Positions 1 to 14,050 of a stretch of DNA of 64,000 bases are shown here, piece after piece. Origin of the DNA: Octopus vulgaris (Eukaryota); contig OX597830.1 of assembly GCA_951406725.2 (NCBI GenBank), positions 17,298,001 through 17,362,000 on the forward strand. Reading direction: 5' to 3'. Every line of letters begins with the position of its first letter. Position 1 is the first letter of the stretch. A program made the position numbers and the translations under genes. The notes beneath the pieces were generated by a model. The model was not told the DNA's origin. It did no database searches and saw only the letters and a program-made list of their open reading frames with translations.

Positions 1-875
1 TTATTTTAAGACAGAAGAGTGTGATTTGAAGGGAATTAAGATGTTTCCACTTGGCGATTGGGCGACTGTGTTGAAGATTTCTCTTGTTGATTCAAATAAA
101 CTTTGCTGTTTATCCCCAGAAAATCAACTGCTATTTTTAGCGTGATCATGTAGAAATCGAATAAACTTATGATGAAAGGCATTCCAGTCGTGGTCGTCCC
201 GTAATTTTGATTATCAGGAGCTACATTATCGATTATATTCTTTGCCTAAGGAATTTATTTGGGGAGATTTGCTTGCTGTTTTCAGCAGGCCGAGTGACCA
301 CGTACAAGCTTCCTTGCTAAATACTGAGACCAGCCGACGAGATACATTGACGTCACCTTACAAAGGGAAAAAAATATTGTTGTGATACAGCAGACAGACC
401 AGACGATACGTTCGTCTGTCGGAAACCTTCTCTCTCTCTTTCACTCACTCTCTCACCCATTCTCTCGCCTCTCTCTCTCTCTTCCTTCAGAGAAGCGGTT
501 TGTATAAGATGTATAACTTCTCGTTCATTAATACTTCAGAGAAGTGGTATGAATTATGAGTTACTTAAGGAGGGTGTAATATGTGGCGAGAGGGAAGGAT
601 TTACGGTATTTCACTTACATATATAGTAACGCTTGTATTAGTTCCCTTATAATAAACATATACAACAGGCTTGCGCCGCACAAGTCCCATCTGTCAAATT
701 TGGCTCAAAAGGTATTGGTCAACCCAAAGGTATTGTAGGAGATAATTGTCCAAAGTGCCTCGCAGTGGGATCAAAATTGAAACTATGTATTTGCGAAGTG
801 AACTCTTTAACCATCTGTCATACTCTCTCTTTCTTGCAGTTACCTGCTTGATCTTCTTTTCATAATTTCTATTTC

Positions 876-1291
876 GGATCTTTTCGGTTTGAACGGCAGT
901 TTTTTCTAGCGGTGTCATATGAAATTGTCACCCATAATTATGACCCTAGTATCGATCTATTGCATTTCAATCTCTTTTAGGGTTAGGGTTAGGGTGGGAG
1001 GAAGGGTATCTTTTTTTCTTCAGAAATGTAAATAAACCCAATCTGTTTCTTAAACGAGGGACATATTCATACGGCACAGAATGTTGTTTACCTCAATGGA
1101 CGTCAGTGATTGGTTGAAATTGCAGAAATTGAAGAAATTAAAGACCGAATATCTTACAAACTATAGAATTTTCTCAATAAAGCCAAGAGAAAAAGATGTT
1201 TTAGAAACACATTCTACCAGTATACGAAGTTTAAAAGTGTTTAGTTACCTAGAAATTATATTAAAAACTGCCGTTCAAACCGAAAAGATCC
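876..1291. mobile_element. MITE with ~29-bp TIRs and an internal (TTAGGG)n tract
   Basis: TIRs GGATCTTTTCGGTTTGAACGGCAGTTTTT...AAAAACTGCCGTTCAAACCGAAAAGATCC; a second, inverted copy lies at 47351-47804. Confidence 0.85.
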
Positions 1292-2096
1292 CGTACCATT
1301 TATGTAAATATTTATTTGAGATTATTCAACGCTGACATAAAGGATAAATAGTTGTCGCCCAATACGTTATCTCGAGACACACCACGTTTTATCTTCGTTT
1401 TATTTTATGTTCTCTAACTGTTCCTTTACGAATTTTTTGGCTTAGTTTAAATGCGATGAGCCATTCTTTCTCCAACTCATTAAAAAAAAAATTAAAACTT
1501 TATGTTCCACTGTGTTAAAAACTTCGGAGATCAAGTTTGACCGTTCCTGCAAATAAACTCTTCTCATTGTTGTTTTAAGGGATTAATAAAATTGCTTATT
1601 AATGGTTCGGGCGAAATGTTCATGTTTGAAATTTAATCGGAAGTTAAATAATAGGTTACATTTTTATATTAAAATATCTGGTTATATTGCATTTTCTAAT
1701 ATTTTTGATATTATACTTAATAAGTCTAATCTTGTTGGTAGTCCAAAGTAAATGTTCATTTAATTTATTATATATTGCGTAAAAACACTGGTTTATTAGA
1801 TACAGAATTATTATTTACAAAGCATGTACAAAACCATTTTGAAATTTGATTGCTACTTCATCTATTATAAAATTTAACTTTTTAATCAAATTTTTATTTA
1901 TTGCGAAAATAAATATAAATTGTTCGCCTTTTTTTCATTGAAATAGCTAATAATTTTACAGATCTTGTGTAAAATTTTAAGTAGACTTTGTTAATCCCAC
2001 AAGCAATGGAAAATTAATAAGTGCGAAGTAGGAGCTGAAAAATATTTGAATTCATAACAACATAATTGTTATTAATATCATGGCTGTTACGTCTTT

Positions 2097-2665
2097 GGCA
2101 GAAACGTTAGCACGACGGGCGAAATACTTAGCGGTATTTCGTCTGCCGCTACGTTCTGAGTTCAAATTCCGCCGAGGTCGACTTTGCCTTTCATCCTTTC
2201 GGGGTCGATAAATTAAGTACCAGTTACGCACTGGGGTCGATGTAATCGACTTCATACCTATGTCTGTCCTTGTTTGTCCCCTCTGTGTTTAACCCCTTGT
2301 GGGTAGTAAAGAAATAGGTATTATGTCCCTCTTTATTTCTGAGTTCAAATCCTGCTGAGGTCGACTTTGCCTTTCATCCTTTCGGGGTTGATAAATTAAG
2401 TACCAGTTACGCACTGGGGTCGATGTAATCGACTTAATCCGTTTGTCTGTCCTTGTTTGTCCTCTCTGTGTTTAGCCCCTTGTGGGTAGTAATGAAATAG
2501 GTATTGTGTCCCTCTTTATTTCTGAGTTCAAATCCTGCCGAGGTCGACTTTGCATTTTATCTTAGCGGGGCCGATAAAATAAGTGCCATCTGAGCACTGG
2601 AGGTCGATGTAATCGACATACTCGCACCCCCAAAATTGCTGGCCTTGTGCCAAAATTTGAAACCA
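2097..2665 (+). mobile_element. tRNA-derived SINE family A, tandem/chimeric (three B-box-containing units)
   Basis: A-box TGGCAGAAACGTTAG, B-box GAGTTCAAATTCC, and core GCCTTTCATCCTTTCGGGGTCGATAAATTAAGTACC repeated. Confidence 0.85.
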
Positions 2666-2786
2666 TTATCATAGCTGTTATTTATGCTACTTAATATCAT
2701 AATTGTTATTTATGTTTCTTAATGAACAGCTGTTCATTTCCATTCATATTTAAGACTGTTTCTGCTGCAACATGGTTTATATAGAA

Positions 2787-3009
2787 CAGTGGTTTTCAAC
2801 CAGGGTTCCGCCAGCACAGTCCAGGGGTTCCGTCAGCACAGTCTAGGGGTTCCACAAGAAGTTACAAAACTGCTAAAATCGGCAGTAATTTATAATTCTC
2901 CTGTGCAGATATGTGTGCACAAGAGTATTAAATTATTGCACAGGGTTTCCTCGAGCCAGTGGAATGTTCCCTTGGGGTTCTGCTCCAGCAAAAAGTTTGA
3001 AAAGCACTG
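2787..3009. mobile_element. hAT (Charlie-like) MITE
   Basis: Termini CAGTGGTTTTCAA...TTGAAAAGCACTG; 8-bp TSD ATATAGAA/ATATAGAG. Confidence 0.8.
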
Positions 3010-3351
3010 ATATAGAGTAATCCTATTTGGACAACCGTTCTAGTGTTATCCCCGTTGTCTTTATCTCAGTTTTTAGGGGGTAAAATAAGTACCTACCAAG
3101 TGTACTGGGGTTTATCATTTATAATAGTTGCATTTCGTATTTTATTTTCATTGTCCTTTATGCTTCATTCGTCTTTGAATTGAAATCCTTTCCCTAAAAG
3201 TTCGTTCTGCTTATTTATGTCGGAAAAAATTTAATAAATAATCTCGAACTTTCATGGTTTCAAATATACGCGAATTAATTAATTGATAATATAATAGCTG
3301 CGTTCTGTTCCCAATTCTGAAGGTTTTCATAGCAAAAATAGCGTTTATTGA

Positions 3352-3423
<72 letters not shown>

Positions 3424-3482
3424 ACGCACACACACACGCAGCACACACACACACATACACACACAAACACAACACACACGCA

Positions 3483-3515
<33 letters not shown>

Positions 3516-3608
3516 TACAATGTTAATGTAATCATATAAACATACACACACATATATAACGTAAATATATGTTTATATATGCATATATGTATACATATAC
3601 GTATACAT

Positions 3609-3665
<57 letters not shown>

Positions 3666-3698
3666 TATTATACAGTCACAGATAAATGTGTGTGTGTG

Positions 3699-3776
<78 letters not shown>

Positions 3777-4389
3777 TATATATATCTATTTATTTATATA
3801 TGTACCCATATAATAGAAATAGCCCCCATAATAATTCGACATCAACACTTAAAATGTGTTTTTTTTCTCCTTCCTTGTTCTTTGATATTTTTAATCAAAT
3901 TCTATCCTGTCTCCTAATGTTAAAGATCTTATATTCCTACCTAGCTATATTTATTTACAACGCCATTGATCTCATTGTCAACGTTTGAAAGACATAGCAC
4001 TTAGTTAACAAAGTCGATTCCAAGAGGACAAACAAACTTTTTATGAGTAAACATCAGACGTCCAAGTGTTTTTTTTCTTCCGTTAGATATCGAGGATCGA
4101 AAAAGTCACCCACCTTCCCATTTCGCTGGATGTTTGACGTCAAAACTAATGAATGTATCTAATAACGTGTTCCTAAACTTATTCGTTGTTGAATCCATAT
4201 ACGAATTTTCAAAACTTACGGGACCCATGTATGCAGGGCCGGTTTTAAGCCAATTTGATTTGTTCAAATTGGGCGTTGGACCAAGAGAGGGCTCTGCACA
4301 CACGCTCGAGTGAAGGACACTATGATGAATTTTTAACATATCATTGCTGCTAATGGTGGGATCTCAAGCCATCAAGTCCACAAGATGTT

Positions 4390-4630
4390 TCTTTGATTGA
4401 CTTCTATGCAAAATATATATTTCCAAATGGGAAGCATACCAACTTAGTGAATCATGCAAAAAAAGATGGCATCTATGTTTGGAAGCACTTATCAATGTGA
4501 ACTACTATTTTCCAAATTGAAGCAAACTAAGAATTTGAGACCAATATTAACTGATAATCATCTTGAGAATATCTTGCTCTTAGCATCAACAAGTTTGAAG
4601 CCTAAAATTGAGAAGCTTTCAAGGAACAAT
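4390..4630 (+). mobile_element. hAT transposase C-terminal (dimerisation domain) relic
   Basis: KKMASMFGSTYQCELLFSKLK...LTDNHLENILLLAST is typical of SPIN/Charlie/GTF2IRD2-like transposases. Confidence 0.75.
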
Positions 4631-4686
4631 AAAGCAGGCAAAGACACGCACACGTACACGCACACACACGTACACACAGACACACG

Positions 4687-4773
<87 letters not shown>

Positions 4774-6390
4774 ACACACACGCACGCACACACAGAGGCA
4801 CACACATATGATGGGCTTCTACACAGTTTCTGTCCATCACATTCACTCACAAGGCAGTGGTTGACCCAGGACTATGGTAAAAGACAGCTACCCACGGTGC
4901 TGCGCAGTGGGACTGAGCGCGAAATCACATAACTGCAAAGTCAACTTCTTAAGCACATAGTTATGTTCGCAACTCTGTATATAAGAGCAGCTTGTTTATG
5001 TGTAGATAAATTAAGGTCGGGCGATTGCTGGAGTGAGTGGCTTGTTGAAGTGATTTATTGTCGTCCAAGAATTCCTTTCCTTACCCGAAGCCGGCAACTT
5101 TCAACTGTTTAAATGCAACGTTAAACCATATCAGTCTTCAACGGTATGACTCTCACCGGCCTTGAGGGGCTGCGAAGGGGACGGGCTCATTCATTTCCTC
5201 CTGACATAACTATTATGATACCTCATTCATTAATGAAGAAAAAAACATTTGATCACACTGGAGTGGAGGCTTTACACAAGACACAGCCATTTGAAATAGT
5301 AGACCTTTAGTTCTCGAACGGTGGTACACTGCGGTGCACTGTTATGCCGCAAGAGATATCTCGGTGCATCACAGTTTAAAAAAAAAAAAAAAATTTAAAT
5401 TCCTTTGGAAAATCTACATTCATGACCGAACATCTTGAAAAACATGTTAGTCAAAATTTTGCTGCATAATGTTTTTTAAAAATATTAATAAAAAGACGTA
5501 AGCAAAAATTTCTACATTTTTTTCCTTTAAATTTTTAACTTAAAAGCATATTTTTAAAACAACCTCCACGTGAAATACGTCAGTAATTTTTTTGTTAGAT
5601 CTTTAGTGCGTCACGAAATCAAAAAGATTGAGAGGCAAAACGGTAAACAGTTCTTTAAAAGTTGTTTTTAATTTCTAGTTTAAAGTTTACCATTTAGTTG
5701 CTGTCGCAAAGTAAATTCAGTACCAAATTTTATTAAGTTGTCTGTGGTTTAGGTTAAGTTAAAGTCAGTCTCTAACCTACGTGTCCATTATTCTGGTCAC
5801 TGTGGCGTTTAAGTGAACTGGAGTACAAGATTTACCCGTTGAACGGGAGGTCAGCCTGTCGCAAGGTTAACTCCGCAGCTGTCCCTGCTGCTCATTTTTA
5901 TCCGAGTGAATTGAAGAAAAGTCAAATGATGTGTCTTGCTCAAGAAGACAACGCGCCGCACTGTCTGAGAATGGAAACCATAACGAAACGATCGGATGTT
6001 TGACACCCAAACCACTACACAACGCACCTTCAAGCTTAGGATAAAGAACAGGTGAAGTAGTAACAGTATATGAAGCAGTAACAGTATATGAGACGCTACA
6101 GCACCGCCGTTCGATGCTGACTTGTTTGACATTAGACCTTTCAATGTTTCTCTCTTTCTTTCTCTCCTTCTCGCCCCTTTCTGTTTATGTGTGAGCATAT
6201 ATTTCTTTAAGTGTAAAAGGAGGGAGACGTGTTTATACCAACCGTGTTTCATCAATAAACTATAATGTTTCTCTCCTTCTCCGTCTCTCTCTCTCTCTCT
6301 CACTCTCTCTCGATCTGTGTATATGCATATTTCTGCGAGCGCGCGCATGTGTATACGTGTTTTTTTCTGCGTTGCCAAAAAGTACTAAGG

Positions 6391-7355
6391 AGGCGAGCTG
6401 GCAGAAACGTTAGCACACCAGGTGAAATGCTTATCGGTATTTCGTCTGCCGTTACGTTCTGAGTTCGAATCCCGCCGATGTCAACTTTGCCTTTCATCCT
6501 CTCGGGGTCGATAAATTAAGTATCAGTTGCGCACTTGGGTCGATATAATCGATTTAATCCCTTTGTCTGTCCTTGTTTGTCCTCTCTGTGTTTAGCCCCT
6601 TGTAGGTAGTAAAGAAATAGATATTTTGGCTGCCGTTACGTTCTGAGTTCAAATTCCGCCGAGGTCGACTTTGTCTTTCATCCTCTCGGGGTCGATAAAT
6701 TAAGTATCAGTTGCGCACTTGGATCGATATAATCGACTTAATCCCTTTGTCTGTCCTTGTTTGTCCTCTCTGTGTTTAGCCCCTTGTAGGTAGTAAAGAA
6801 ATAGGTATTTTGGCTGCCGTTACGTTCTGGGTTCAAATTCCGCCGAGGTCGACTTTGTCTTTCATCCTCTCGGGGTCGATAAATTAAGTATCAGTTGCGC
6901 ACTTGGATCGATATAATCGACTTAATCCCTTTGTCTGTCCTTGTTTGTCCTCTCTGTGTTTAGCCCCTTGTAGGTAGTAAAGAAATAGGTATTTTGGCTG
7001 CCGTTACGTTCTGGGTTCAAATTCCGCCGAGGTCGACTTTGTCTTTCATCCTTTCGGGGTCGATAAATTAAGTACCAGTTACGTACTGGGGTCGATATAA
7101 TCGACTTAATCCGTTTGTCTGTCCTTGTTTGTCCTCTCTGTGTTTAGCCCCTTGTGGGTAGTAAAAAAATAGGTATTTTGTCTGCCGTTACGTTCTGAGT
7201 TCAAATTTCGCCGAGGCCGACTTTGTCTTTCATCCTTTCGGGGTCGATGAATTAAGTACCAGTTACGTACTGGGGTCGATGTAATCGACTTAATCCCTTT
7301 GTCTGTCCTTGTTTGTCCCCTCTATGTTTAGCTCCATGTGGGCAATAAAGAAATA
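6391..7355 (+). mobile_element. SINE family A: one head plus five 184-bp head-to-tail units
   Basis: Units start at 6438, 6622, 6806, 6990 and 7174; AAAAAGTAC flanks both sides. Confidence 0.9.
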
Positions 7356-7583
7356 AAAAGTACCATCGCCAAAGCAGGTTGAATGTCCAGTCGGCCGTGC
7401 CAAATCGTCTGCGTCCAAACAGCTGCGCCCAGCCTTCTCATTCTGGTAACAAGAGAACGTAGCAACGAAACGTGATTGCAAACTAAAATCCAGGTCAGCA
7501 GAACTGATTGATCGATTAATGTGTTGTGAACATTATTAGTGGCTTGTAGTGTTGGCTTATATATAACCTCTACCTGATTGTAA

Positions 7584-7968
7584 TCTCTCTATATATAAAC
7601 GGCAGTTTGACTGTGCGTGTTTCTGTGTGTCTGTTTGCTTGTACCCTCACCCTGACCACGGCTTTCAACCGATTCTGATGAAACTTGACACACACATAGC
7701 CCAATGTCATAATTCAAAACTAACGCAGCGAAAATTTTGAAAAGTTCCCCCAGTTCTGAAAAAAATCGATAAATTCGACATGGGGTCGAGAATCAGAAAC
7801 CCAAACCACAGACCGTCTAGGGGACGCAACTCCACCTTTTTTAACTCTCAAAAAAAATTTACCGTCATTTTCTTTCCATTTTTTTGCTATTTTTTGGCTA
7901 TAACTCTCTAAAAATGCTTTATAGTTATTTCCCTTACAAACCTGAGCAACGCCGGGCGATACTGCTAG
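7584..7968 (+). mobile_element. Non-autonomous Helitron
   Basis: 5' A|TC(TCTCTATATATAAA), subterminal hairpin CCTGAGCAACGCCGGG, 3' CTAG|T; inserted between A and T. Confidence 0.75.
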
Positions 7969-8800
7969 TATTAACTAAATCTAGCCGGCAGAATCGTTAG
8001 CACGCCGGGCAAAATGCTTAGCAGATTTTTCCTCTATCTTTACGTTCTGAGTTCAAATTCTGTCGCGGTCAGCTTTGCATTTCCTCCTTTCGTGGTCGAT
8101 AAAATAAGTACCAGTTGAGTACTGGGGTTCACGTAATCGCCTATCCTCTTCCCGAAATTACTGGCTTTGGCCTTGTGCCAAAATTTGAAACCAATATTAA
8201 CCAAATCTCCCTCAAATTACGTAATACCTTCAAAAAGTGACCCAATGGATAGCATACATAGCTCGAGACATTTAATGTGTCCAACACGCTCAAGCCCCCG
8301 CCATACTAACCACAATACTTAGTCTCTATATGAAACCCTTATATGAAGAATGAAGGTAATTTGATGAAACAAAAGATACGTTAGCCATATATGTCTCCTC
8401 AATAAGTTACTCTTTGATTTTTGCATCTACCCTGTTCCAAAGTTTACACCTCACGTTAGCTACATCAATGTTAATGCCATAATCCCATAATTATTTAAAC
8501 TCTATTACAGGTATAATTCTCAACACTATTATATGACATTCATCTCTTAAGTATCGTTATATTATGTCATTTTAAGTTTAATATTTTATCAATATGATTA
8601 TAGAAGCGTTCTTATCTTTTAAGTTTCATGCTAAGTCGCCGTACACATAATGGCATGTATTTCTTTAATAAAAAATGAGGAAGAAAAAGAAAAGAAAGAA
8701 AAAGAAAACGGACAGATTCCGTAAATACTGAAACTGTAGGAAAACGTGTTTTTCACAGAATTTACTACAAAAGATTCAACGACGCTAAACGAGATTTAGT

Positions 8801-9212
8801 CTCTCTCTTTTACTCTTTTATTTGTTTCAGTCATTTGACTGCGGCCATGCTGGAGCACCGCCTTTATTCGAGCAAAGCGACCCCGGGACTTATTCTTTGT
8901 AAGCCCAGTACTTATTCTATCGGTCTCTTTTGCCGAACCGCTAAGTGACGGGGACGTAAACACACCAGCATCGGTTGTCAAGCAATGCTAGGGGGACAAA
9001 CACAGACACACAAACATATACACACACACTTATATATATATATACATATATATACGACAGGCTTCTTTCAGTTTCCGTCTACCAAATCCACTCACAAGGC
9101 ATTGGTCGGCCCGGGGCTATAGCAGAAGACACTTGCCCGAGATGCCACGCAGTGGGACTGAACCCGGAACCATGTGGTTGGTTAGCAAGCTACTTACCAC
9201 ACAGCCACTCCT
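8801..9212 (-). mobile_element. tRNA-derived SINE family B (internal CA/TA microsatellite, AGAGTAAA tail)
   Basis: Minus-strand head GGAGTGGCTGTGTGGTAAG...GGTTCAGTCCC; many near-identical copies in the window. Confidence 0.85.
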
Positions 9213-9229
9213 GGCCTTTTCTTTCTTTT

Positions 9230-9363
<134 letters not shown>

Positions 9364-9729
9364 TTCCTTCCTTTCTTTCTTTCTTTCTTTCTTTCTTTCT
9401 CCCTTCTTTCCTTCCTTCCGTTGAAATCATTTGCTGATTTCATAAACGGTAAAAGTGATAATTATATATATAATATGGGTTGCTAATTTGCAATTTCACA
9501 ACCTAAAGGCAGAAATATATACGTCACTAAAGTGAGAAAGGGCACAGATCAGCTCCAGTATGGCTAGAAATAAGAGCTAAAGCAACTCAATAGCCACAGA
9601 AAGCACTATTTTAATGAATGACAAGGCGGTGCCCCAGCATTAACTCTTGCTACACATTTTTATATATCATTTGCTAGCAACACGGTTTTAGAGAATCTTA
9701 AATTTATTGCTGGTTATAAGAAAGTTTTA

Positions 9730-11077
9730 AGGGCCATCCTTTGCTTAGAGAAGTCCGACTTTTGCCTTTGTACGAGTTTCAACACGGTAAACATGCATCT
9801 CGAGCAGTTTCAAGCTGTTGCAAAAAGGATAGGAACTTGCGCTAAGAGAATAGGAAGAAGATGGTTGAACTAATTTTGATCTGGAGACATGTGCTGGAAT
9901 AATGGGCACAACGGACGCCCTCCATCAGTGGTCAATCGTGAAACACTGAATCATGTTGTGAAGGCCAATCATAGGACTAATGTTCGATCTTTTGCCAATA
10001 ATTTGCTGGTTTTTAAATCATTCGTAGCGCGTCATCTAGCAGCGATAGACAAATTTTTTTCCATATGAATTAAGCGCTGCAACAAGGCGCATCGTTTGCA
10101 GTTCCTTTTTTCTTGCACAAAACGAATGTGTCCTATATGACTAACATTAAAAGATATTCGCAGAGGTCAGATTCCGAGGAGTCACCTGAGTATGTTTCAA
10201 AAATCCTCTTTACACTCACAAAAGGTTATTATTACTGTTTGGTGGTGTTGTCAAGGTATCATTCATTATTCGTTTCTGCAGCCAGAGGAAGCAATAACAT
10301 ACCAATCACACCGCCAGCAAATTGAGGAAATGATTTCCAAATTTTCCAGGAATCATCTAGCATTACTAGTCAGACGAAGGACTATATTTTTGCATGATAA
10401 TATCAGACCTCACATAGCAAACCAGACCAAAGTAAAGTGGAAGCACTCCGTCGGTTACGACGACGAGGGTTCCGGTTGATCCGAATCAACGGAATAGCCT
10501 GCTCGTGAAATTAACGTGTAAGTGGCTGAGCACTCCACAGACACGTGCACCCTTAACGTAGTTCTCGGGGATATTCAGCGTGACACAGAGAGTGAGAAGG
10601 CCGGCCCTTTGAAATAAAGGTACAACAGAAACAGGAAGTAAGAGTGAGAGAAAGTTGTGGTGAAAGAGTACAGCAGGGATCACCACCATCCCCTGCCGGA
10701 GCCTCGTGGAACTTTTAGGTGTTTTCGCTCAATAAACACTCACAACGCCCGGTCTGGGAATCGAAACCGCAATCCTATGACCGCGAGTCCGCTGCCCTAA
10801 CCACTGGGCCATTGCGCCTCCACTAGACCAAAGTAAAATGCAGTAGCTTAATTACGAAATATTGGATTAACCACCATATTTTCCAGCCTTATCACCATCA
10901 GATTATAATTTATTTCGCCGTCTTGAGCTTTTCATCCGCGACAAAAAATGTGCAAACAAAAAAAAACGTATTGATAGCATCTGAACAATGTGTAGCTTCA
11001 AAAAACAGTAATCTTTTCCAAAGGGGAATATATAGCCTCTCAAGGAAACGGAAACAAATTGTTGAAGCTATTGGAGC
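9730..11077 (+). mobile_element. Decayed mariner transposase, interrupted by a SINE
   Basis: GRP motif, VWW..GIIHYSFL, IFLHDNIRPH and PPYFPALSPSDYNLF (YSPDLAPSD-like); stops and frameshifts. Confidence 0.8.
10438..10821 (-). mobile_element. tRNA-derived SINE family C (resembles Octopus OR-type SINEs), full length
   Basis: Head GGAGGCGCAATGGCCCAGTGGTTAGGGCAGCGG; 13-bp TSD AGACCAAAGTAAA; second copy at 27758-28143. Confidence 0.9.
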
Positions 11078-12260
11078 TGTTATAGGGAATTAATAATAAT
11101 GGTACACCCCTCCCACGTCACGAATGGAATAACCTAGTCACTATAAGTAAAGAGAAGTACGTGAAGTACGAGAGTACATAGTAGGCAGTTAGAGATAGTC
11201 GTGTCTTTACTGGTTTTACTAAGTATACTGTATACCGAAGTGAGCGTTTTATCAATCTAACATTTTTAAGGAAAATAATAAGAGCCTCTTTTGTTTAAAG
11301 AATAATTTGATTATGAATACAGATATTTAGAACAGTTCAAATATGTTTGGGACATATTTGACCTGTACAAAAAAAAAAAGGCTATATTCACAGATAAATT
11401 TAAGATTCTCTAAAACCGTGTTGCCAGCAAATGATACATAAAAATGTGTAGCAAGAGTTGATGCTGGAGCACCGCCTTGTCAGTCATTAAAATAGTGCTT
11501 TCTGTGGCTATTGAGTTGCTTTAGCTCTTATTTCTAGCCATACTGGAGCTGATCAGTGCCCTTTCTCACTTTAGTGACGTATATATTTCTGCCTTTAGGT
11601 TGTGAAATTGCGAATTATCAACCCATATTATATATATAATTATCACTTTTACCGTTTATGAAATCAGCGTATGATTTCAACGGAAGGAAGGAAGGAAGGA
11701 AAGAAGGGAGAAAGAAAGAAAGAAAGAAAGAAAGAAAAGGCTAATACACTAAATCTCGTTTAGCGTCGTTGGATCTTTTCATGCTTCAGGCAATAAGTGT
11801 TGAAAAACACCAACTGCCGTTTCAAGGTGCCTGCTCTCGGCAGAATGTGAATGCATTTCTCGCTCGTTGGCATTCATCAACACTGTGTACTGCAAATGAA
11901 TATTTACTTCTGTAGTTGATCCGCATCAAAACATGAAGTGCTCACACACGACGGGCGCCAGCCGCGGCTGCACAAAATGTTGCCGAGGGCACGTGAAAGT
12001 AGTGTCGCGAACAAACAAACATTTACATATATAGATTTCTTTTTTGGAGTTTATTTTATTTCTTCAATTATAAAAGTTATATACAAACAAAAAACAGGAA
12101 TAAAAGAGAGATAAGAAAGGAAAAGAAAGAAAAATAAAGTGGGCGGCTGGTCGATGAAGCAGTAGACGATGGAGGGAGAGGGGGCGATGGGCCACATGTC
12201 CCAGCACAAATGGTGTGATCAGAAGCGCCCCACGGTAATTACCGCGTATACGAAGGGGTG

Positions 12261-12464
12261 TTTACTTTTTACTTGTTTCAGTCATTTGACTGCGGCCATG
12301 CTGGAGCACCGCCTTTAGTCGAGCAAATCGACCTCGGGACTTATTCTTTGTAAGCCCAGTACTTATTCTATCGGTCTCTTTTGCCGAATCGCTAAGTGAC
12401 GGGGACGTAAACACACCAGCATCGGTTGTCAAACAATGCTAGGGGGACAAACACAGACACACAA

Positions 12465-12509
<45 letters not shown>

Positions 12510-12671
12510 TACGACAGGCTTCTTTCAGTTTCCGTCTACCAAATCCACTCACAAGGCATTGGTCGGCCCGAGGCTATAGCAGAAGACACTTGCCCAAGAT
12601 GCCACGCAGTGGGACTGAACCCGGAACCATGTGGTTGGTTAGCAAGCTACTTACCACACAGCCACTCCTGC
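12261..12671 (-). mobile_element. SINE family B
   Basis: Near-identical to 8801-9212. Confidence 0.85.
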
Positions 12672-13137
12672 ACCTCTTGAAAATTTTCTGGCTTTAACGG
12701 TATCGTGAAAAGCTTGACTGGAGGCCCAACCTATCAAGTCTTTTTTTTTTTACAGAACTTAGAAAAACTGAAGGACTGCTGCAAGAAGTGTTTGAATCCG
12801 AGAGGGAAATATTTTGAATAAAATCATAATTAGCTGATCCTCCTGTATTTTCTTTTTTACCCAAAGCCAAGAATTTTTCAGCATCCCTTCGTAAATATTT
12901 TATACTGATTCACTTTTAAGCGACCATTCCAGGTAGGACAACCCAATGAACACCATACGATACCAGAACACATTATCTCATATTTCAGTGTAAAACAGAG
13001 GGATCCTGTATGGGGGTCACTCACCTTGTTGGAAATGGCCTCTTTAAAACGAAATGACACATTGGATAAATTGATACACTCTGGGGTTATCATTTTTGAT
13101 TGTAGGTTAGGTTTGCTCTTAGGGATAAACAACACCA

Positions 13138-13190
<53 letters not shown>

Positions 13191-13203
13191 CACCACCACC
13201 ACC

Positions 13204-13285
<82 letters not shown>

Positions 13286-13643
13286 TTGCAACAACGACAA
13301 CACCAAGACTCTACACCTTAATTAATCTCTTCAACAAAACCCGTCACAATCATCTCCAGGTGTTTGTGACTGGTTTTTAAATAAAATGTTTGTTTTACGT
13401 GAAAGTGATTAAAAAAGAAACAATAACGCATAAATGACAAATAAAAAAAAAAACACAACAAAAAACAAAAAAATAATGTTATGTTTTCCTTCAGTATTGT
13501 TGTTGTTGTTGCTGTTGTTGCTGTTGTATTATCGTTGATGTGAGTGTTGATGTTTTGATGGCGGCGGTGGTGAAAGTGAAGAAAAATTTCCAATCGTCTA
13601 TTTACCTCTATTAGCCAAATCTATTTTCGTAACAATACAACAA

Positions 13644-13738
<95 letters not shown>

Positions 13739-13913
13739 AACTCATCTATCTATCTATCTCTCTCTCTCTCTCTCTATCTAACTATCTATCTATCTATTTG
13801 CTTATCAGCCAATCTATTTATCAAGCGTTGCAACAATCAAACAACCACACAAACAAACAATCAGTCTGCTTTATATACGTACGTACGTATGTATCTCTCA
13901 CTCACTCACGCAC

Positions 13914-14010
<97 letters not shown>

Positions 14011-14050
14011 TTATTTATCTGTCTGTTTGTCTGTCAAATTTGTATGCCGA

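Noticed and set aside
3211-4864. CV/HT/YI-repeat ORFs here and throughout the window
   Set aside because: Translations of (CA)n, (TA)n, (CATA)n and (TCTA)n microsatellites.
6438-7355. CRISPR-like or retrozyme-like regular array
   Set aside because: Units are full-length near-identical SINE bodies without unique spacers, and I found no CUGANGA hammerhead core on either strand.
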